Below are positions 18,933 through 29,598 of a stretch of DNA of 64,000 nt, one piece after another. The translations under genes were made by a program, and so were the position numbers. The DNA lies in the NCBI GenBank assembly GCA_000146465.1, contig CP001946.1, one strand, 5' to 3'. How positions within the stretch are numbered: position 1 is the stretch's first letter; each line of letters starts with the position of its first letter. Below the pieces are notes generated by a model. That model saw nothing but the letters and a program-made list of their open reading frames with translations. It searched no databases and was not told where the DNA came from.

Positions 18933-20597
18933 ATGTATCTTGAACTCCAGAACCTCTCAAGCAAGAACAGATACGAGAGGTATAGAAAGAGCGACACCAT
19001 AGTGATTGACAACGGAACATACGAATGCAAGGCCGGATATTCTGGAGATGGACCGCAGATGGTCTTCAAAAACATTCTGTATCGCCACAAGACTGTGTCA
19101 TCGATAGAAAGCTTCCAAGGGGCATCTCCTAAGACAATGTTTGATGGCGACGTTGTGACCAACTTTGAAGTTTTGGAGAATGTCATTGACGAAATTCTTG
19201 AGTATTTGAAGCCGGAGAAGCTGAAGAACCTGATATTTACAGAAAAGATATTTAATCCGACACACGAGGACCTTGTGAAATTCTTGTTCGATGTCTATGG
19301 ATTCGAGAAGATACAGATTGGGGTGGATAGCTACTATTCGTATCTTTGGAATATGAGTGGGGAAGACTGCATGGTTGTGGACATGGCACATTCTGCAACC
19401 ACATGCCTTGTCATCTGCGGAGGGCGGATCATGGACGTCTACAAGATCAACTTTGGAGGAAAGGCTGCAGGAGATTATCTCTCGGCACTGATGTTTAACA
19501 AATTTTTCAATGGGAAGAAGAACTATAAGGGTCTAATTCCATATTTGAGATGCTCTTTGGACTATAGGAGAGAGACAGTTCAGATCCTTGAGGAAATGAA
19601 GGTGGGAAACTATTCAAGAAATTACTTTCTGGATGAGGAGCTCGAGATGGTGAAGGAAAAGCCTGTAGATAAGAAACAGAAGATGTGTGCTGCACCTATG
19701 GTCTCTACCTCCATGCCTGAGATCGATATGTGTCTTCTTAACACTGCAGATGTTGATCTGGATCCGGAAGAGATTAAGGAGAAGAAGAAACAGAAAATCT
19801 TGTACCACTCCACTCTCCATAGACTCAAGACCCGGGTCGAGAAGTGCTTAGAGAAACTATCCTCTCATATTTTGTACATGGAAGACGAGAGAGAGAAACT
19901 AGAGGATCTTGAGGGATTCATTAGCAAGAAAAAAACGGAGCTTCAGGCACTCAAGAGGGAGCTGGAGATAAGGAGTAGGTTAAGAAGAGATGTTAAGAAC
20001 AGAAAGACATATGAGTTTCAGGTTAGGTTTAAGGAGGGGGAATTGACTGCCGACGAGAAGACATTGGTTGAAAAAATAAGAGATGCCGAGGACTTAGACA
20101 AGGAAAATAAGATTCTGGAATCTTTGAAGAGCCTCATCCACCAGATAAAAGAACTAGATCCCTACTTTGAACCATATACAGCCGACACAGTTGACCTTCT
20201 TAGCGGCCATTTCATCGGAAGAATGAACGCAAACGTGGATCTCCTGAAGATTCCAGAGATAGTTTTTTCTCCTTCGATCATAGGACTAGACCAGATGGGG
20301 TTAACAGAGATAATGGAAGATGTTAGCAAAAAATATAGAGTGAAGAAGGTGCTATTAACAGGAGGTTTCTCTCAGATAAAGGATATCGATGTCCGCATAA
20401 GAAATGAAATGACAAGCATGTCGTTTGTGGGGGAGATCGAGGTTATAAAGGCCAAAGATCCTATAGGTGATTCGTTCCGAGGAGCAAGGATCTGCGAAGC
20501 ATTCCCCACATATACTCTGGAGGAATACAACCGTTCAGGGATTGTCGGAGTATGTAGGATTCCTGGGGAAAAATCGACTCTGAATCCCAAGTCTTGA
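18933..20597 (+). CDS. actin-related protein with a large coiled-coil insertion (Arp5/Arp8-like, INO80-type)
   Basis: IVIDNGTYECKAGYSGDGPQ is the actin-fold phosphate-1 motif, and the C-terminus ends VLLTGGFSQIKDI. An insertion of about 200 aa is rich in E/K. The first ATG is at 18933; the track starts at a GTG at 18900. Confidence 0.55.
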   Translation: MYLELQNLSSKNRYERYRKSDTIVIDNGTYECKAGYSGDGPQMVFKNILYRHKTVSSIESFQGASPKTMFDGDVVTNFEVLENVIDEILEYLKPEKLKNLIFTEKIFNPTHEDLVKFLFDVYGFEKIQIGVDSYYSYLWNMSGEDCMVVDMAHSATTCLVICGGRIMDVYKINFGGKAAGDYLSALMFNKFFNGKKNYKGLIPYLRCSLDYRRETVQILEEMKVGNYSRNYFLDEELEMVKEKPVDKKQKMCAAPMVSTSMPEIDMCLLNTADVDLDPEEIKEKKKQKILYHSTLHRLKTRVEKCLEKLSSHILYMEDEREKLEDLEGFISKKKTELQALKRELEIRSRLRRDVKNRKTYEFQVRFKEGELTADEKTLVEKIRDAEDLDKENKILESLKSLIHQIKELDPYFEPYTADTVDLLSGHFIGRMNANVDLLKIPEIVFSPSIIGLDQMGLTEIMEDVSKKYRVKKVLLTGGFSQIKDIDVRIRNEMTSMSFVGEIEVIKAKDPIGDSFRGARICEAFPTYTLEEYNRSGIVGVCRIPGEKSTLNPKS

Positions 20598-20615
20598 AAT
20601 AAAACACATCTTGAA

Positions 20616-21182
20616 CTACCTGAAGATAATTTTATTAACTTCTGCCTCAAACTCGTCCCTTATTGTTTGAAGCCTTGATGCAAAGCTATTATCTACAATT
20701 GTGGTATAGTCCTTTGAGCACAGAAGAACTCCCCCCACACCCTCTGGAACCATTTCCCTGATCTCCGAGTTTTTACACTCCTTTTCCACCACCTTCCTGT
20801 CCTTCTTGTTGCAATATACAATGAACTCCCCATCTATTTTCCTAGCACATTCAGCTATCAGAGAAGGATTAAGGGGTCTTGAGGAGCATATCTTCAGTGT
20901 CTCCCCATAGATTTCATCTAGAATTTTAACTTTTTCTTCAAGATACTTCTGATTGTACATGTTTATCAGCGAATTCTCTGCCATTACTTTTTTCTTCTCA
21001 ATTTCTTTCTGTTTCAACAAAAATTCATTCTCTATTCGAGTTGTTTCCTCTTTAATTATTCTGGCCTTCTCGGCATTGTACTCCTGTGTAGCCTTTATCT
21101 TCATTTCCCTGATCTTCTCGTCTGCCTCATGGTTGATGAATGTCATCATCCTCTCTATGTCCTTACTCGGAACCCTGTCCAT
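20616..21182 (-). CDS. VMA4: V-type proton ATPase subunit E
   Basis: DIERMMTFINHEADEKIREMKIKATQEYNAEKARIIKEE aligns with subunit E [39 protein letters not shown], and the C-terminal region is also similar. Confidence 0.8.
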   Translation of the reverse strand: MDRVPSKDIERMMTFINHEADEKIREMKIKATQEYNAEKARIIKEETTRIENEFLLKQKEIEKKKVMAENSLINMYNQKYLEEKVKILDEIYGETLKICSSRPLNPSLIAECARKIDGEFIVYCNKKDRKVVEKECKNSEIREMVPEGVGGVLLCSKDYTTIVDNSFASRLQTIRDEFEAEVNKIIFR

Positions 21183-21317
21183 CTCCTCTGTTAAAGGGTA
21201 TTGTTTTCACCCTATTTCAGGGACAGAACAGGAGTTCTATCACTCATCATCCCTAAAATTGATAGCGGTACTCCAAAAGAACTGCTTAATTAGATTTAAA
21301 CATTTATTCTACTATCC

Positions 21318-22406
21318 TCAGACACCCTTGACAATCTGGACCACATCACTATCGTTTAGGATGTGCTCCTTCCCAACCTTTTGTGGATTGTGTTTGACCG
21401 AGGTCCCCCATACCAATGCATGTTTAAATTTGGCAAGAATCCCTCTATGTATTGCATTGCAGAAGTCCGCCACACTCCTCTTGCTACTCTTAAGAATAAC
21501 AGGCTCTTCGTAGTCGATAGGCTCCCCTTTTGGCTTTGGGTATATCCTTACAAGATCAAGATAGTCCCACATCTTGGATAGAAGTGAGTCGAAGTTCCAC
21601 CCCAAGTTTGCACACACTGGGACAGAATGGGGGATCTTATAAAGTAGATCCAATTCCTCTACACTGATCGAGTCAATCTTGTTCAGTACATATATGCAAG
21701 GAACATACTTCCTATTTCCTTCAATCACATCAATGAGATCATCGATTGTGCACGGCCCATTTGTTATAACTTCTGCATTTGACATTCTGAACTCCCCAAG
21801 AACAGCTTTTACCGTAGCAGCATCCAGGCTGTCTCCAATTAATGAAACTCCTCCCTTTTCTTTCTTTGTTATCTTAATTTTTGGAGGCTGCCTATTGAGT
21901 CTGATTCCAACTCCTTCAAGCTCCCTCTCAATCACCGCCTTATGGGACACAGGCTTAAGAACATCCAGGCATACTATAATCAACGAACATGTTCTTGCAA
22001 CAGCCAAAACTTGCTTTCCCCTACCTTTTCCGTCCTTTGCCCCCTCAATTATTCCCGGAAGATCGAGGATCTGTATCTTTGCTCCGTTGTAGCTCAGCAC
22101 TCCAGGAACTGTTGTTAGTGTAGTGAATTCGTATGCAGCAACCGCACTGAAGGTCCCTGTTAGCCTAGACATAAGAGTGCTCTTTCCAACACTCGGAAAT
22201 CCCACAAAACCGACTCTTGCTATCCCTGTCTTTCCAACGTCAAACCCTCCTTCTCCTGACGATCCAGACTTCGGTGCAGATATTAGCTCTCTTCTCAGCT
22301 TGGCCAGCTTTGCCTTCAGAATCCCTAAATGATTGCTTGTGGCCTTGTTCTTCTGGGTTCTTGCCATCTCAGCCTCTATTTCCCTAATCTTGTCCAAGAC
22401 GTTCAT
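21318..22406 (-). CDS. RBG1: developmentally regulated GTP-binding protein (DRG/Rbg1, Obg-like GTPase with TGS domain)
   Basis: G1 [11 protein letters not shown]3 DLPGIIEGA and G4 NKID, with DRG-specific flanks and a C-terminal TGS-like region. Confidence 0.85.
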   Translation of the reverse strand: MNVLDKIREIEAEMARTQKNKATSNHLGILKAKLAKLRRELISAPKSGSSGEGGFDVGKTGIARVGFVGFPSVGKSTLMSRLTGTFSAVAAYEFTTLTTVPGVLSYNGAKIQILDLPGIIEGAKDGKGRGKQVLAVARTCSLIIVCLDVLKPVSHKAVIERELEGVGIRLNRQPPKIKITKKEKGGVSLIGDSLDAATVKAVLGEFRMSNAEVITNGPCTIDDLIDVIEGNRKYVPCIYVLNKIDSISVEELDLLYKIPHSVPVCANLGWNFDSLLSKMWDYLDLVRIYPKPKGEPIDYEEPVILKSSKRSVADFCNAIHRGILAKFKHALVWGTSVKHNPQKVGKEHILNDSDVVQIVKGV

Positions 22407-22467
22407 TAAGGGCCATAAGCTTTCTGTATATATCCAGAGATTTATAATTGTCCGTTAGATCCTTCGA

Positions 22468-23682
22468 ATGAAGATAGTTGCCGAGTACGACATAAGACTG
22501 TCGAAAGAGACAGAGCCTATAGCATTTTACAAACTACCATGTACAGAAAGAAATCTTCGGATCCAAACAGTGCGCTGGAAGCGCCAATTCAAGTACTTGG
22601 AGATGGATATGAAGTTACCGAAGCCGGGACGAAGAATGCGAAGGACAGAAGAGAGGAAGACAAATATTATTACCTACGAAAGCTATGGATTCACACCATC
22701 CTCTATTCAATGGTATGGGAAGATAGACCACCTCAAGAAAACCATCATTCTGCGGCAAATAGAATGTATCCACCTATTCAATCCGAAGTTTGGGAGTTCC
22801 GAAATAGAGAAAGACCGCCAGGAGGCCGATGGATATCAGTTCAAGAGGGCAGAGACACGCGAAGAAAAGGAGCACAGAAGAAAGAACATAAACTTCTACA
22901 TTAAGAAGATGAATCTCGAGGAGTTTGTTACAATGGAATACAGCAGGAAGGAGATGTCCCAGGAGTGCAGCAATTCCCACGACCTATCTGCGGTTGAAGA
23001 CGATGTGAAGCCTGGAATGAAAATAAGGAGCTCTATAATTAATGCTAAAGTTGTCAATTTTTCTGAGCTTGCTCTACTTTACAAGGACCAGAACGCAATC
23101 AAGGCAGCATTATCGAGATACACCAACTTTATTAATGGAAGATACATACTTTCCAACATGTTTTATGAAAAGAGTCTGCACTGTATTCGAGATGGGATTC
23201 TGGAACTTTTCAAGGGTAGGGAAAGAGTCCTGTGTAAAGATGTGTATCTACTTGCAGGAGAGGAGAAGTTCTTGGTTGAAGAGCTCTGCAGAAGGGATGG
23301 GAAATATTTCCTACTCAGAGGTTTTAGCGAGGACACAAATAAGTGTGATGATGGCAGCATAGGGCAAGAAATACGCTTTATAGTGGAAAAGCACAAGCCT
23401 TGTTCGATCGAGGTTATCCAAGAGGAGATGCTGCTGGACCCTGATGCTATAAAGAGGAATCTGCCGGGAGATGTGGCGGTTCTGGCAAATGGAATGCTTG
23501 CGGTCTGCAAGGGAGATGATAAAAGAAAAAGAATAATAGAAATGCTGGTGGAAAAGAAAAGCTGGAAGAAGAGCGAAGTGTTAAGGATTGCACAAAACGA
23601 GTCTGGGGGGATTGAAGATTTCTTCTCTGTGTTCGGTGAGTACTGTGAGCTGAGGGGGAATGTGTGGAGCATCAAAGAATAA
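22468..23682 (+). CDS. putative RNA polymerase III subunit Rpc5 (C37)-like protein
   Basis: Weak but collinear resemblance to POLR3E/Rpc37. N-terminal EYDIRLSKE...IAFYKLP parallels EIDVYLAK...LYLFQYP, and VNFSELALL...FINGRYILSNMFY parallels MPFANLMSLL...VQGNWVVKSDILY. Low confidence. Confidence 0.35.
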   Translation: MKIVAEYDIRLSKETEPIAFYKLPCTERNLRIQTVRWKRQFKYLEMDMKLPKPGRRMRRTEERKTNIITYESYGFTPSSIQWYGKIDHLKKTIILRQIECIHLFNPKFGSSEIEKDRQEADGYQFKRAETREEKEHRRKNINFYIKKMNLEEFVTMEYSRKEMSQECSNSHDLSAVEDDVKPGMKIRSSIINAKVVNFSELALLYKDQNAIKAALSRYTNFINGRYILSNMFYEKSLHCIRDGILELFKGRERVLCKDVYLLAGEEKFLVEELCRRDGKYFLLRGFSEDTNKCDDGSIGQEIRFIVEKHKPCSIEVIQEEMLLDPDAIKRNLPGDVAVLANGMLAVCKGDDKRKRIIEMLVEKKSWKKSEVLRIAQNESGGIEDFFSVFGEYCELRGNVWSIKE

Positions 23683-23749
23683 TGTTCTGGGCCCTTGGCA
23701 AACTATTCGGGACTTGAAAACAAAAATTTGATCCCTGCCTGGATAGATT

Positions 23750-25048
23750 ATGATGGAGTTTTGTAGGATTAATGAATTGAACAAAAGGATCCAAGAGCTT
23801 TATCATGCTATGCTTGCAGTGGTTCCGCTTGAAGGGATTGGAGAGCATCCGTTTGATTACTTCAAGGGAGAGGTTGGGCGGATAATTGATTCTGTAGATG
23901 TGGTTCTTAAGGAGATGGTCAATAAAAAGTTAGAATTGCAAAAAGAAATTGATGGAATGGTGAAGGAGATGATGAGGGACTGTACAGACATTGAGGTGTC
24001 TGTTCCCTCTATCCCTAATCTATGCAACCTGTATGTTCTCAAAGAATATGTGAGGAATGAAGCAGAGGGTATAATGATACTAAAGAAGGCAGTGGAGGGA
24101 CGGATGGCAGCGATTATAGAAGAGATGGAGCTGGAGGCCTCCAATGTTGGGATGAAAAAAATTGACTGGATGGATATGGAGTGTGCTGGAGATAAGAAGG
24201 GTGTCTCACTAATGAATCTTCGGGAGCTTGAAATGCATCGGGATGTTTTGAGGAACAAAAGAGAGAGCATGGAGAGAAATAGGGATAGGTTGTACAGAGA
24301 GCTTTGCGTGTTTCTATCACAGTTGTCCAGAAGTGATCCCGAAGTGACTATAGATCAGAAGATCTTTATTCTTGAAAGACTTCATAGAAGATACAAGGAA
24401 GAAGTTGAAAAAAGGGACAAAGAGTTTAGAGGACTTGAGATGGAGATAAGAAGAAGAGAAGGGTATCTCGGGATCGCATGCAAGGATATTGAAATGGATT
24501 TGAGCGAGGCAAATTTAGAGATGATGAGGGACTACGAAAGGTATCTTCTGGAAGAACAGGAAAGACAACTTGATGAGATATACGAGAAGAAAAAAGGCTT
24601 GCTCAAGGAGCTTCTGGAAGTTTTTGGAGAAGATATGGAGGATTACAAGAGGACTGAAAAGGACATTGAAGAGATGTCAAAGATGATTGAAAAGCTAGAA
24701 TCCAAGAAGGATCTCTTCCTGTCGATAAGCTCACTGATGGAGAAAAGGTCTGAGCTTATTAGCAAGATGAATGAATTTGAGAAGATAGCGTCGGATCCAA
24801 AGAGGTTGTTTAGGTCGTCTTTGCAGCTCTTGAGTGAGGAGAAGTTCAGGAACAGCGCATATCCAAATCTAATAAGGATTGAGGAGACGATGTTCAAGCT
24901 TCTGGACGAATATGAAAATAGGTTTGGAAAGTTGTTTAAGGATGGAGTAGACTTCAAGGGATCGCTAAGAGAAGAGATAGAAAATAGAATTGTAAACAAA
25001 ACCGTGTTTATCAACAGGTTGGATTCGCCTTCCAGAAAGAGGAGATAG
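23750..25048 (+). CDS. microtubule-bundling protein of the Ase1/PRC1/MAP65 family
   Basis: A long coiled coil followed by DPKRLFRSSLQLLSEEKFRNSAYPNLIRIEETMFKLLDEYENRFGKLF, which matches the PRC1 spectrin-fold motif DPSRLF..RG.LLKEEK.R..L.KLE..L...WE.E....F. Confidence 0.5.
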   Translation: MMEFCRINELNKRIQELYHAMLAVVPLEGIGEHPFDYFKGEVGRIIDSVDVVLKEMVNKKLELQKEIDGMVKEMMRDCTDIEVSVPSIPNLCNLYVLKEYVRNEAEGIMILKKAVEGRMAAIIEEMELEASNVGMKKIDWMDMECAGDKKGVSLMNLRELEMHRDVLRNKRESMERNRDRLYRELCVFLSQLSRSDPEVTIDQKIFILERLHRRYKEEVEKRDKEFRGLEMEIRRREGYLGIACKDIEMDLSEANLEMMRDYERYLLEEQERQLDEIYEKKKGLLKELLEVFGEDMEDYKRTEKDIEEMSKMIEKLESKKDLFLSISSLMEKRSELISKMNEFEKIASDPKRLFRSSLQLLSEEKFRNSAYPNLIRIEETMFKLLDEYENRFGKLFKDGVDFKGSLREEIENRIVNKTVFINRLDSPSRKRR

Positions 25049-25105
25049 TGTTTTCAGAGTAAGGCCCATTCCTTTTCCCTGGACAATAGGTTCTTGGCCC
25101 CAATC

Positions 25106-25852
25106 TCAAATGGTGGAATATATCGACGAGTATTGGCGAAGAACATATGGCTCTACCTTGAGGCGTGTACAAAAAACCACCAGGAGTACATAAGTGATTA
25201 TACTACAGCTAGGTCCCTGGATTCCCCACTGTGTATAGACAGGAGCAGTTATCTTAAGATTAAGAAGACTCTGTCTTATGGGAATGGTCCCTACAAGAGA
25301 TACTATTTCGTTGTATTTATCTGTCTTGTGGAGGGCCATAAAGCCCGGGATGTTGTCTCCTCCTAGGATGCATCTTCCAACTTCCTTTGAAATTAATTCC
25401 ATAAAGTCCTCCTGAGACTCCAAGACATCATTTAGATTCCAGCCGATTACTTCGGAAAGCCCCCTTGGGCTTTCGAAAAGAAGGCTTTTTGAGAAGCGAA
25501 GAATCTCCTTCATGGTTTGAAAGATTCTGCTTTCGATCTCTGCCAACCTCTTGGCCTCGTCCTGTGACTGGGCTGCATTGCGTTTTCCAGATGCAAGATC
25601 TCTTATGGTTGTCTTTAGATACTCTTCATTGTCTATAAGGATCTCGAAAACTGTGTTAACTGCGGAAAAGTACATTTCTCCGGTGACAGGCTTGTCTTCT
25701 CCAGAAACTATGTTTCCAAGTCTGCAGTTTTGAAATGCAACACCGGCAACTTGTCTATCCATTTGTCCTATTTCATACATTCCGTGATTTATCTTTCCAA
25801 AATAAAAAATATCTATGTTTCTCATTATAGCATACAGAGGGATCAATCTCAT
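25106..25852 (-). CDS. hypothetical protein (248 aa), no confident homology
   Basis: An intact ORF occupying an otherwise gene-free interval. Flanking spacers are the usual 60-75 bp. The C-terminus is hydrophobic (IITYVLLVVFC). A weak 14-3-3-like resemblance was considered and not accepted. Confidence 0.4.
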   Translation of the reverse strand: MRLIPLYAIMRNIDIFYFGKINHGMYEIGQMDRQVAGVAFQNCRLGNIVSGEDKPVTGEMYFSAVNTVFEILIDNEEYLKTTIRDLASGKRNAAQSQDEAKRLAEIESRIFQTMKEILRFSKSLLFESPRGLSEVIGWNLNDVLESQEDFMELISKEVGRCILGGDNIPGFMALHKTDKYNEIVSLVGTIPIRQSLLNLKITAPVYTQWGIQGPSCSIITYVLLVVFCTRLKVEPYVLRQYSSIYSTI

Positions 25853-25926
25853 GGATCTGTCTATTTGTCCAGTAATGTTTATTTACTTTCTCAGGATGGA
25901 TGATGCGATGTCATTTAAGATGACGG

Positions 25927-27375
25927 ATGAAGGGATTCAGGGCACATCTTTCTGTTTGGCAATGGAGAGCAGTGAATAAACAGAGAAAAGGGATCCCTCT
26001 GATGGACATCAGGCAAATAGAGCTCCGGAGACAGCAGGCAAATATTTTGTTCAAGGAACAACGGATCGGCGAGGCACTGGACATTTACCAGAAGTCTCTT
26101 GCAGAAGCTATGAAATGTGTAGTGCCAGGCACTAGGAACTATCCCCTTGAGGAACAATTGTCTCTACTGACGTATAATATCTGCATAGTTTATTACAGGC
26201 AAAAGAACTTTCCCAAATCGCTTGTATTTGGACTTGAATCACTAAAGTATCTTGAAAACGACAAGACTCGAAACAAGATATGTGCAGTATACCTTCGGCT
26301 TGGGATGATACGGGAATACAAGGAAGTCTATGAAAGGATAATGGATAAGAGTTCTAGTCCTGAGATTTCCTCCCTGCTGAGCAGAATGAAGCTGGACAAG
26401 CAGACTGTTGAGAAGTATCTAGAAAGGTGCATAACACTGAAAAGACTACAGGAGCTATCTAAGGAAATATCTGAGGGGAAGGTCATACCGACGGACATAT
26501 TGGAATCTATACTTGAGCAAGGAGAAAGTGTTTTTTTAGGTTGCGAAAATGTTGTATATGTTGAAAGCGATAAGGAGGTTTTGGTTTTTGGAGACACACA
26601 TGGACAGTATTTTGACATTGTGGGAATCCTGAACAAGGTATTTGATGGAGACAGGGTGTTCATATTTAACGGAGACTACGTAGATAGAGGAGCACATTCG
26701 GTGGAGAATTTTGTTCTCCTGCTCTCGTTAAAGATCCTCTTTCCAAAGCGTTTTTACCTAACAAGAGGAAACCATGAACTTTTGGATATAAACAAGGTCT
26801 ATGGCTTTTACGACGAAGTAAGAAGGAAATATCCGTTCAGCAGCAGTTCTATATACCAAAAGTTTCAGAATGTGTTCAAAGCACTGCCCATTTCGGTAAT
26901 TGTTAATGAAAAGGTCTTCATAACACACGGGGGACTGCCAGGAGTGCCGACCAGGGTGGAAGATCTGCAGAAAGCCTACAGAATGACCGATTCACATGCA
27001 GATGAGCTGTTGAAAGGGTTTTTGTGGTCGGATCCAGAGGAAATAGAAGGAATAGAAGAGAGCAAAAGAAGAGCCGGTGTGGTTTTCGGGGCGGATGTGA
27101 CAGAGCGCTTTTTGGAGATGAACAGATTGGATTTGTTGATTCGAAGCCACCAAGCTGTCGAAAATGGATACAAGGCACACCACGGAGGAAGACTTGTAAC
27201 TGTATTTTCGGCACCTTACTATGAAGGCAGTGAGGAATTAGGTTCCTATCTTATTCTGAATCCTTCGGAAAGAGAAGGAGACCAAACTATCAGTGTGTCT
27301 GGTTTCACAAGATACAGAGTGGAAAGATTCGGAAGATCCAGCCACAAAGAAGTATTAAAGCTTCTGTGCGATTAA
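25927..27375 (+). CDS. PPT1: serine/threonine protein phosphatase 5 (TPR + PPP catalytic domain)
   Basis: The N-terminal TPR region is followed by PPP motifs GDTHGQ, GDYVDRG, RGNHE and HGG. The start could be the ATG at 25927 or the ATG at 26002 (MDIRQIELRRQQANILF), which aligns better with the PP5 N-terminus. Confidence 0.85.
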   Translation: MKGFRAHLSVWQWRAVNKQRKGIPLMDIRQIELRRQQANILFKEQRIGEALDIYQKSLAEAMKCVVPGTRNYPLEEQLSLLTYNICIVYYRQKNFPKSLVFGLESLKYLENDKTRNKICAVYLRLGMIREYKEVYERIMDKSSSPEISSLLSRMKLDKQTVEKYLERCITLKRLQELSKEISEGKVIPTDILESILEQGESVFLGCENVVYVESDKEVLVFGDTHGQYFDIVGILNKVFDGDRVFIFNGDYVDRGAHSVENFVLLLSLKILFPKRFYLTRGNHELLDINKVYGFYDEVRRKYPFSSSSIYQKFQNVFKALPISVIVNEKVFITHGGLPGVPTRVEDLQKAYRMTDSHADELLKGFLWSDPEEIEGIEESKRRAGVVFGADVTERFLEMNRLDLLIRSHQAVENGYKAHHGGRLVTVFSAPYYEGSEELGSYLILNPSEREGDQTISVSGFTRYRVERFGRSSHKEVLKLLCD

Positions 27376-27516
27376 AGTTCTTTATTTCGAAGGCATATCT
27401 CAGACAAAGAAAAAAAGACAACCAGTGATTTGGGATTGGCAAGGCTCCTCTTGTGTGCTCTTGAATAATCCGAAACGTGTTTTGTATTAGAAAATGTATT
27501 TAATTTAGGGAAACAG

Positions 27517-28167
27517 ATGATTGGGAGGATGAGGAATGAGTATGACTTATTGGACGAAAGAATCAGCAGATTCTGGCACCAAGCCTTCAAGGGAGCAGTG
27601 GAAGAGAGAATACTCCTGAAGGACCTGAATCTACCCCTTGCACGGATAAAACGGCTGATGAAGATTGAGGAGGGGGTCAGGATGGTTGCTTCAGAGGTCC
27701 CTGTCTTGTTTTCGATGATAACAGAAAAGTTCATTGAGGAGCTCACTCTTCGGGCCTGGATAAACACCGAGGAAAACAAGAGAAGGATACTACAGAAGTC
27801 TGATCTAACAGCTGCTGTGAAGACGTCCGAGATGTTTGACTTTCTTGTATATATTGTCCCAAGGAATGATCTTTTGCATCCTTTCAATCATCTAGTGCCC
27901 AACAAGGTGCATCATGGTGGAGAAGACTTTTCCGCCAGAGGAGATGCATATGTGAAGCAGCATGTGCTTGGAGAAAGGCAGATGATGGAAGACATGGCCG
28001 AGAAGATGGGGAATCCGCACCAGGGCTTTTATCCCCAGGAGCATCGGGTAGGGGATGAGGTTGCTAAATCCATGGCCAACTCTCATGCGGATGACTATAG
28101 AAGAGGGTTTGATATTCCCTTTGGTAGAGACATGTCTGCAGATATAGCACCAAGTTCCTTCAGATGA
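27517..28167 (+). CDS. HAP5: CCAAT-binding factor subunit HAP5/NF-YC (histone fold)
   Basis: FW...LPLARIKRLMKIEEGVRMVASEVPVLFSMITEKFIEELTLRAW...EENKRRILQKSDLTAAV...FDFLVYIVPR is the NF-YC histone-fold core. Confidence 0.75.
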   Translation: MIGRMRNEYDLLDERISRFWHQAFKGAVEERILLKDLNLPLARIKRLMKIEEGVRMVASEVPVLFSMITEKFIEELTLRAWINTEENKRRILQKSDLTAAVKTSEMFDFLVYIVPRNDLLHPFNHLVPNKVHHGGEDFSARGDAYVKQHVLGERQMMEDMAEKMGNPHQGFYPQEHRVGDEVAKSMANSHADDYRRGFDIPFGRDMSADIAPSSFR

Positions 28168-28222
28168 TTTTTTATTAGAAAGTTTGTAATAAACTTAGTT
28201 ATAGTTCTTTCCAGGAGCATCA

Positions 28223-29425
28223 TTATTGCGAACTCTTATCTTTCTTCGAGTCACCTATGTGCTTGTCAATTATCTTAATTATCTCGGGAACAAGAATCTT
28301 CCTTGTCAGTTTCTTGCTTGCAGAATAGTATTCCAGGCCTTTGTACTCGATGCTCTTCATTTTGTTCCTTCCGACAATATCCTTCAGAAAAGGAAAGCTT
28401 GAAAAGATTATGTTCCTAACACCTTTGATCTTGGTTGCCACAAAGAAGAAGTCCAGGCCCATTGCCTTTCGGAAGCTTTCTATTTGAAGTTGCAAGGCCA
28501 TCCCTGTCTTTCCCTCGGGGAGTCCCCTAATGTTCTTTCCTTCTCTATCTGCCCAATCCTCAAATGGGTACTTTACTGTCGATCCCCCGAAAAAGAACTT
28601 CTTGTGATGGAAGGCCTTAAAGTCCTTCTGAAGAATAAGATCTGTTCCATGTTCGCTATCATTTCTCCTGGCAAGCCTTAAAGCCCGTATCGTCTTCTTC
28701 AGCTCCTTCTTCTTCACGCCAGCCATTCTTTTCAGCTTTTTATATTCGGCTATATCGAAGATACTTGTGCGCCTTTTTAAGAATCCTGTATCCATCAGAA
28801 TCGGAATAAGTAAGAGCTTAGCAAAAGCCGAGCAAAGCGCCTCTTTCTCCTCACCTTTCCGGCGCTTGTTCACCAGCTCTGCACAGTGGTTCTTTTTTGT
28901 CAGGTCCTCTCCAAGATATTTGGAAACCAATGTTGTTGCAGACCCGACGTCCAGATCGATATACATTCTTTTCGCAGGAGGAACATGCCCCGAAAGCATG
29001 TGGTGATCAATAACCAGCTCGACTTCACTATCATCAAACACCTCGGCAGGTTTGTTATGATCCGTGAGGAGAAGCTTGATCTTCTTCCCAGATATCGGAT
29101 ACTGCTTTCCCTCTAAGTCGAAATACGCTCCTACTTTTCTTGCCTTTGGTGAGAAATGTAGTGTTGGTTTAACAAGGAATATCAGATCGTCTACATCTAT
29201 TCCAAATTCCCTACACACACACATAATTTCTCCTTTTGCCATGAAGACCTCCTTTCTCATATTGACAACATGAATAGCGTCTTCAGCATACGCCACCACC
29301 AATGAACTTATAAACGAGTCAAGATCACACGCCTCGTTTCCCATGGCAATCCTAAGTTCTCCGTGGAGAATTCGTTCTTTGTTGGTTGCAAAAAATGATT
29401 TCAGCCTTTCTTCCAGTAAGGTCAT
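28223..29425 (-). CDS. DHH-family phosphoesterase (exopolyphosphatase PPX1/prune-like)
   Basis: DHH motifs: GNEACDLDS (motif I), the DHH triad in ELVIDHHMLSG, and a DHHA2-like C-terminal half. Confidence 0.6.
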   Translation of the reverse strand: MTLLEERLKSFFATNKERILHGELRIAMGNEACDLDSFISSLVVAYAEDAIHVVNMRKEVFMAKGEIMCVCREFGIDVDDLIFLVKPTLHFSPKARKVGAYFDLEGKQYPISGKKIKLLLTDHNKPAEVFDDSEVELVIDHHMLSGHVPPAKRMYIDLDVGSATTLVSKYLGEDLTKKNHCAELVNKRRKGEEKEALCSAFAKLLLIPILMDTGFLKRRTSIFDIAEYKKLKRMAGVKKKELKKTIRALRLARRNDSEHGTDLILQKDFKAFHHKKFFFGGSTVKYPFEDWADREGKNIRGLPEGKTGMALQLQIESFRKAMGLDFFFVATKIKGVRNIIFSSFPFLKDIVGRNKMKSIEYKGLEYYSASKKLTRKILVPEIIKIIDKHIGDSKKDKSSQ

Positions 29426-29598
29426 TGTTACTTCTTCTCAAGGACCTAATAAAAATAAATCTGAAACAAGAAGCAGCTCTCGAAAAATGCAGGTTTGTAG
29501 GATTCCTTTCTCCTTAATCCTTCGATTTCTCCTTTATGGGGTGACAGACTCCTTTATTCTCCTTACATCGATAAAAGATCTCAAGGCTGAAGAGACTC

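Noticed and set aside
25106-25852. 14-3-3 protein assignment for the 248-aa unknown ORF
   Set aside because: Only short patches resemble 14-3-3 (FYFGK…, RLG…FSAVNTVFEIL). They occur at the N-terminus, whereas the corresponding 14-3-3 helices are C-terminal. Collinearity fails.
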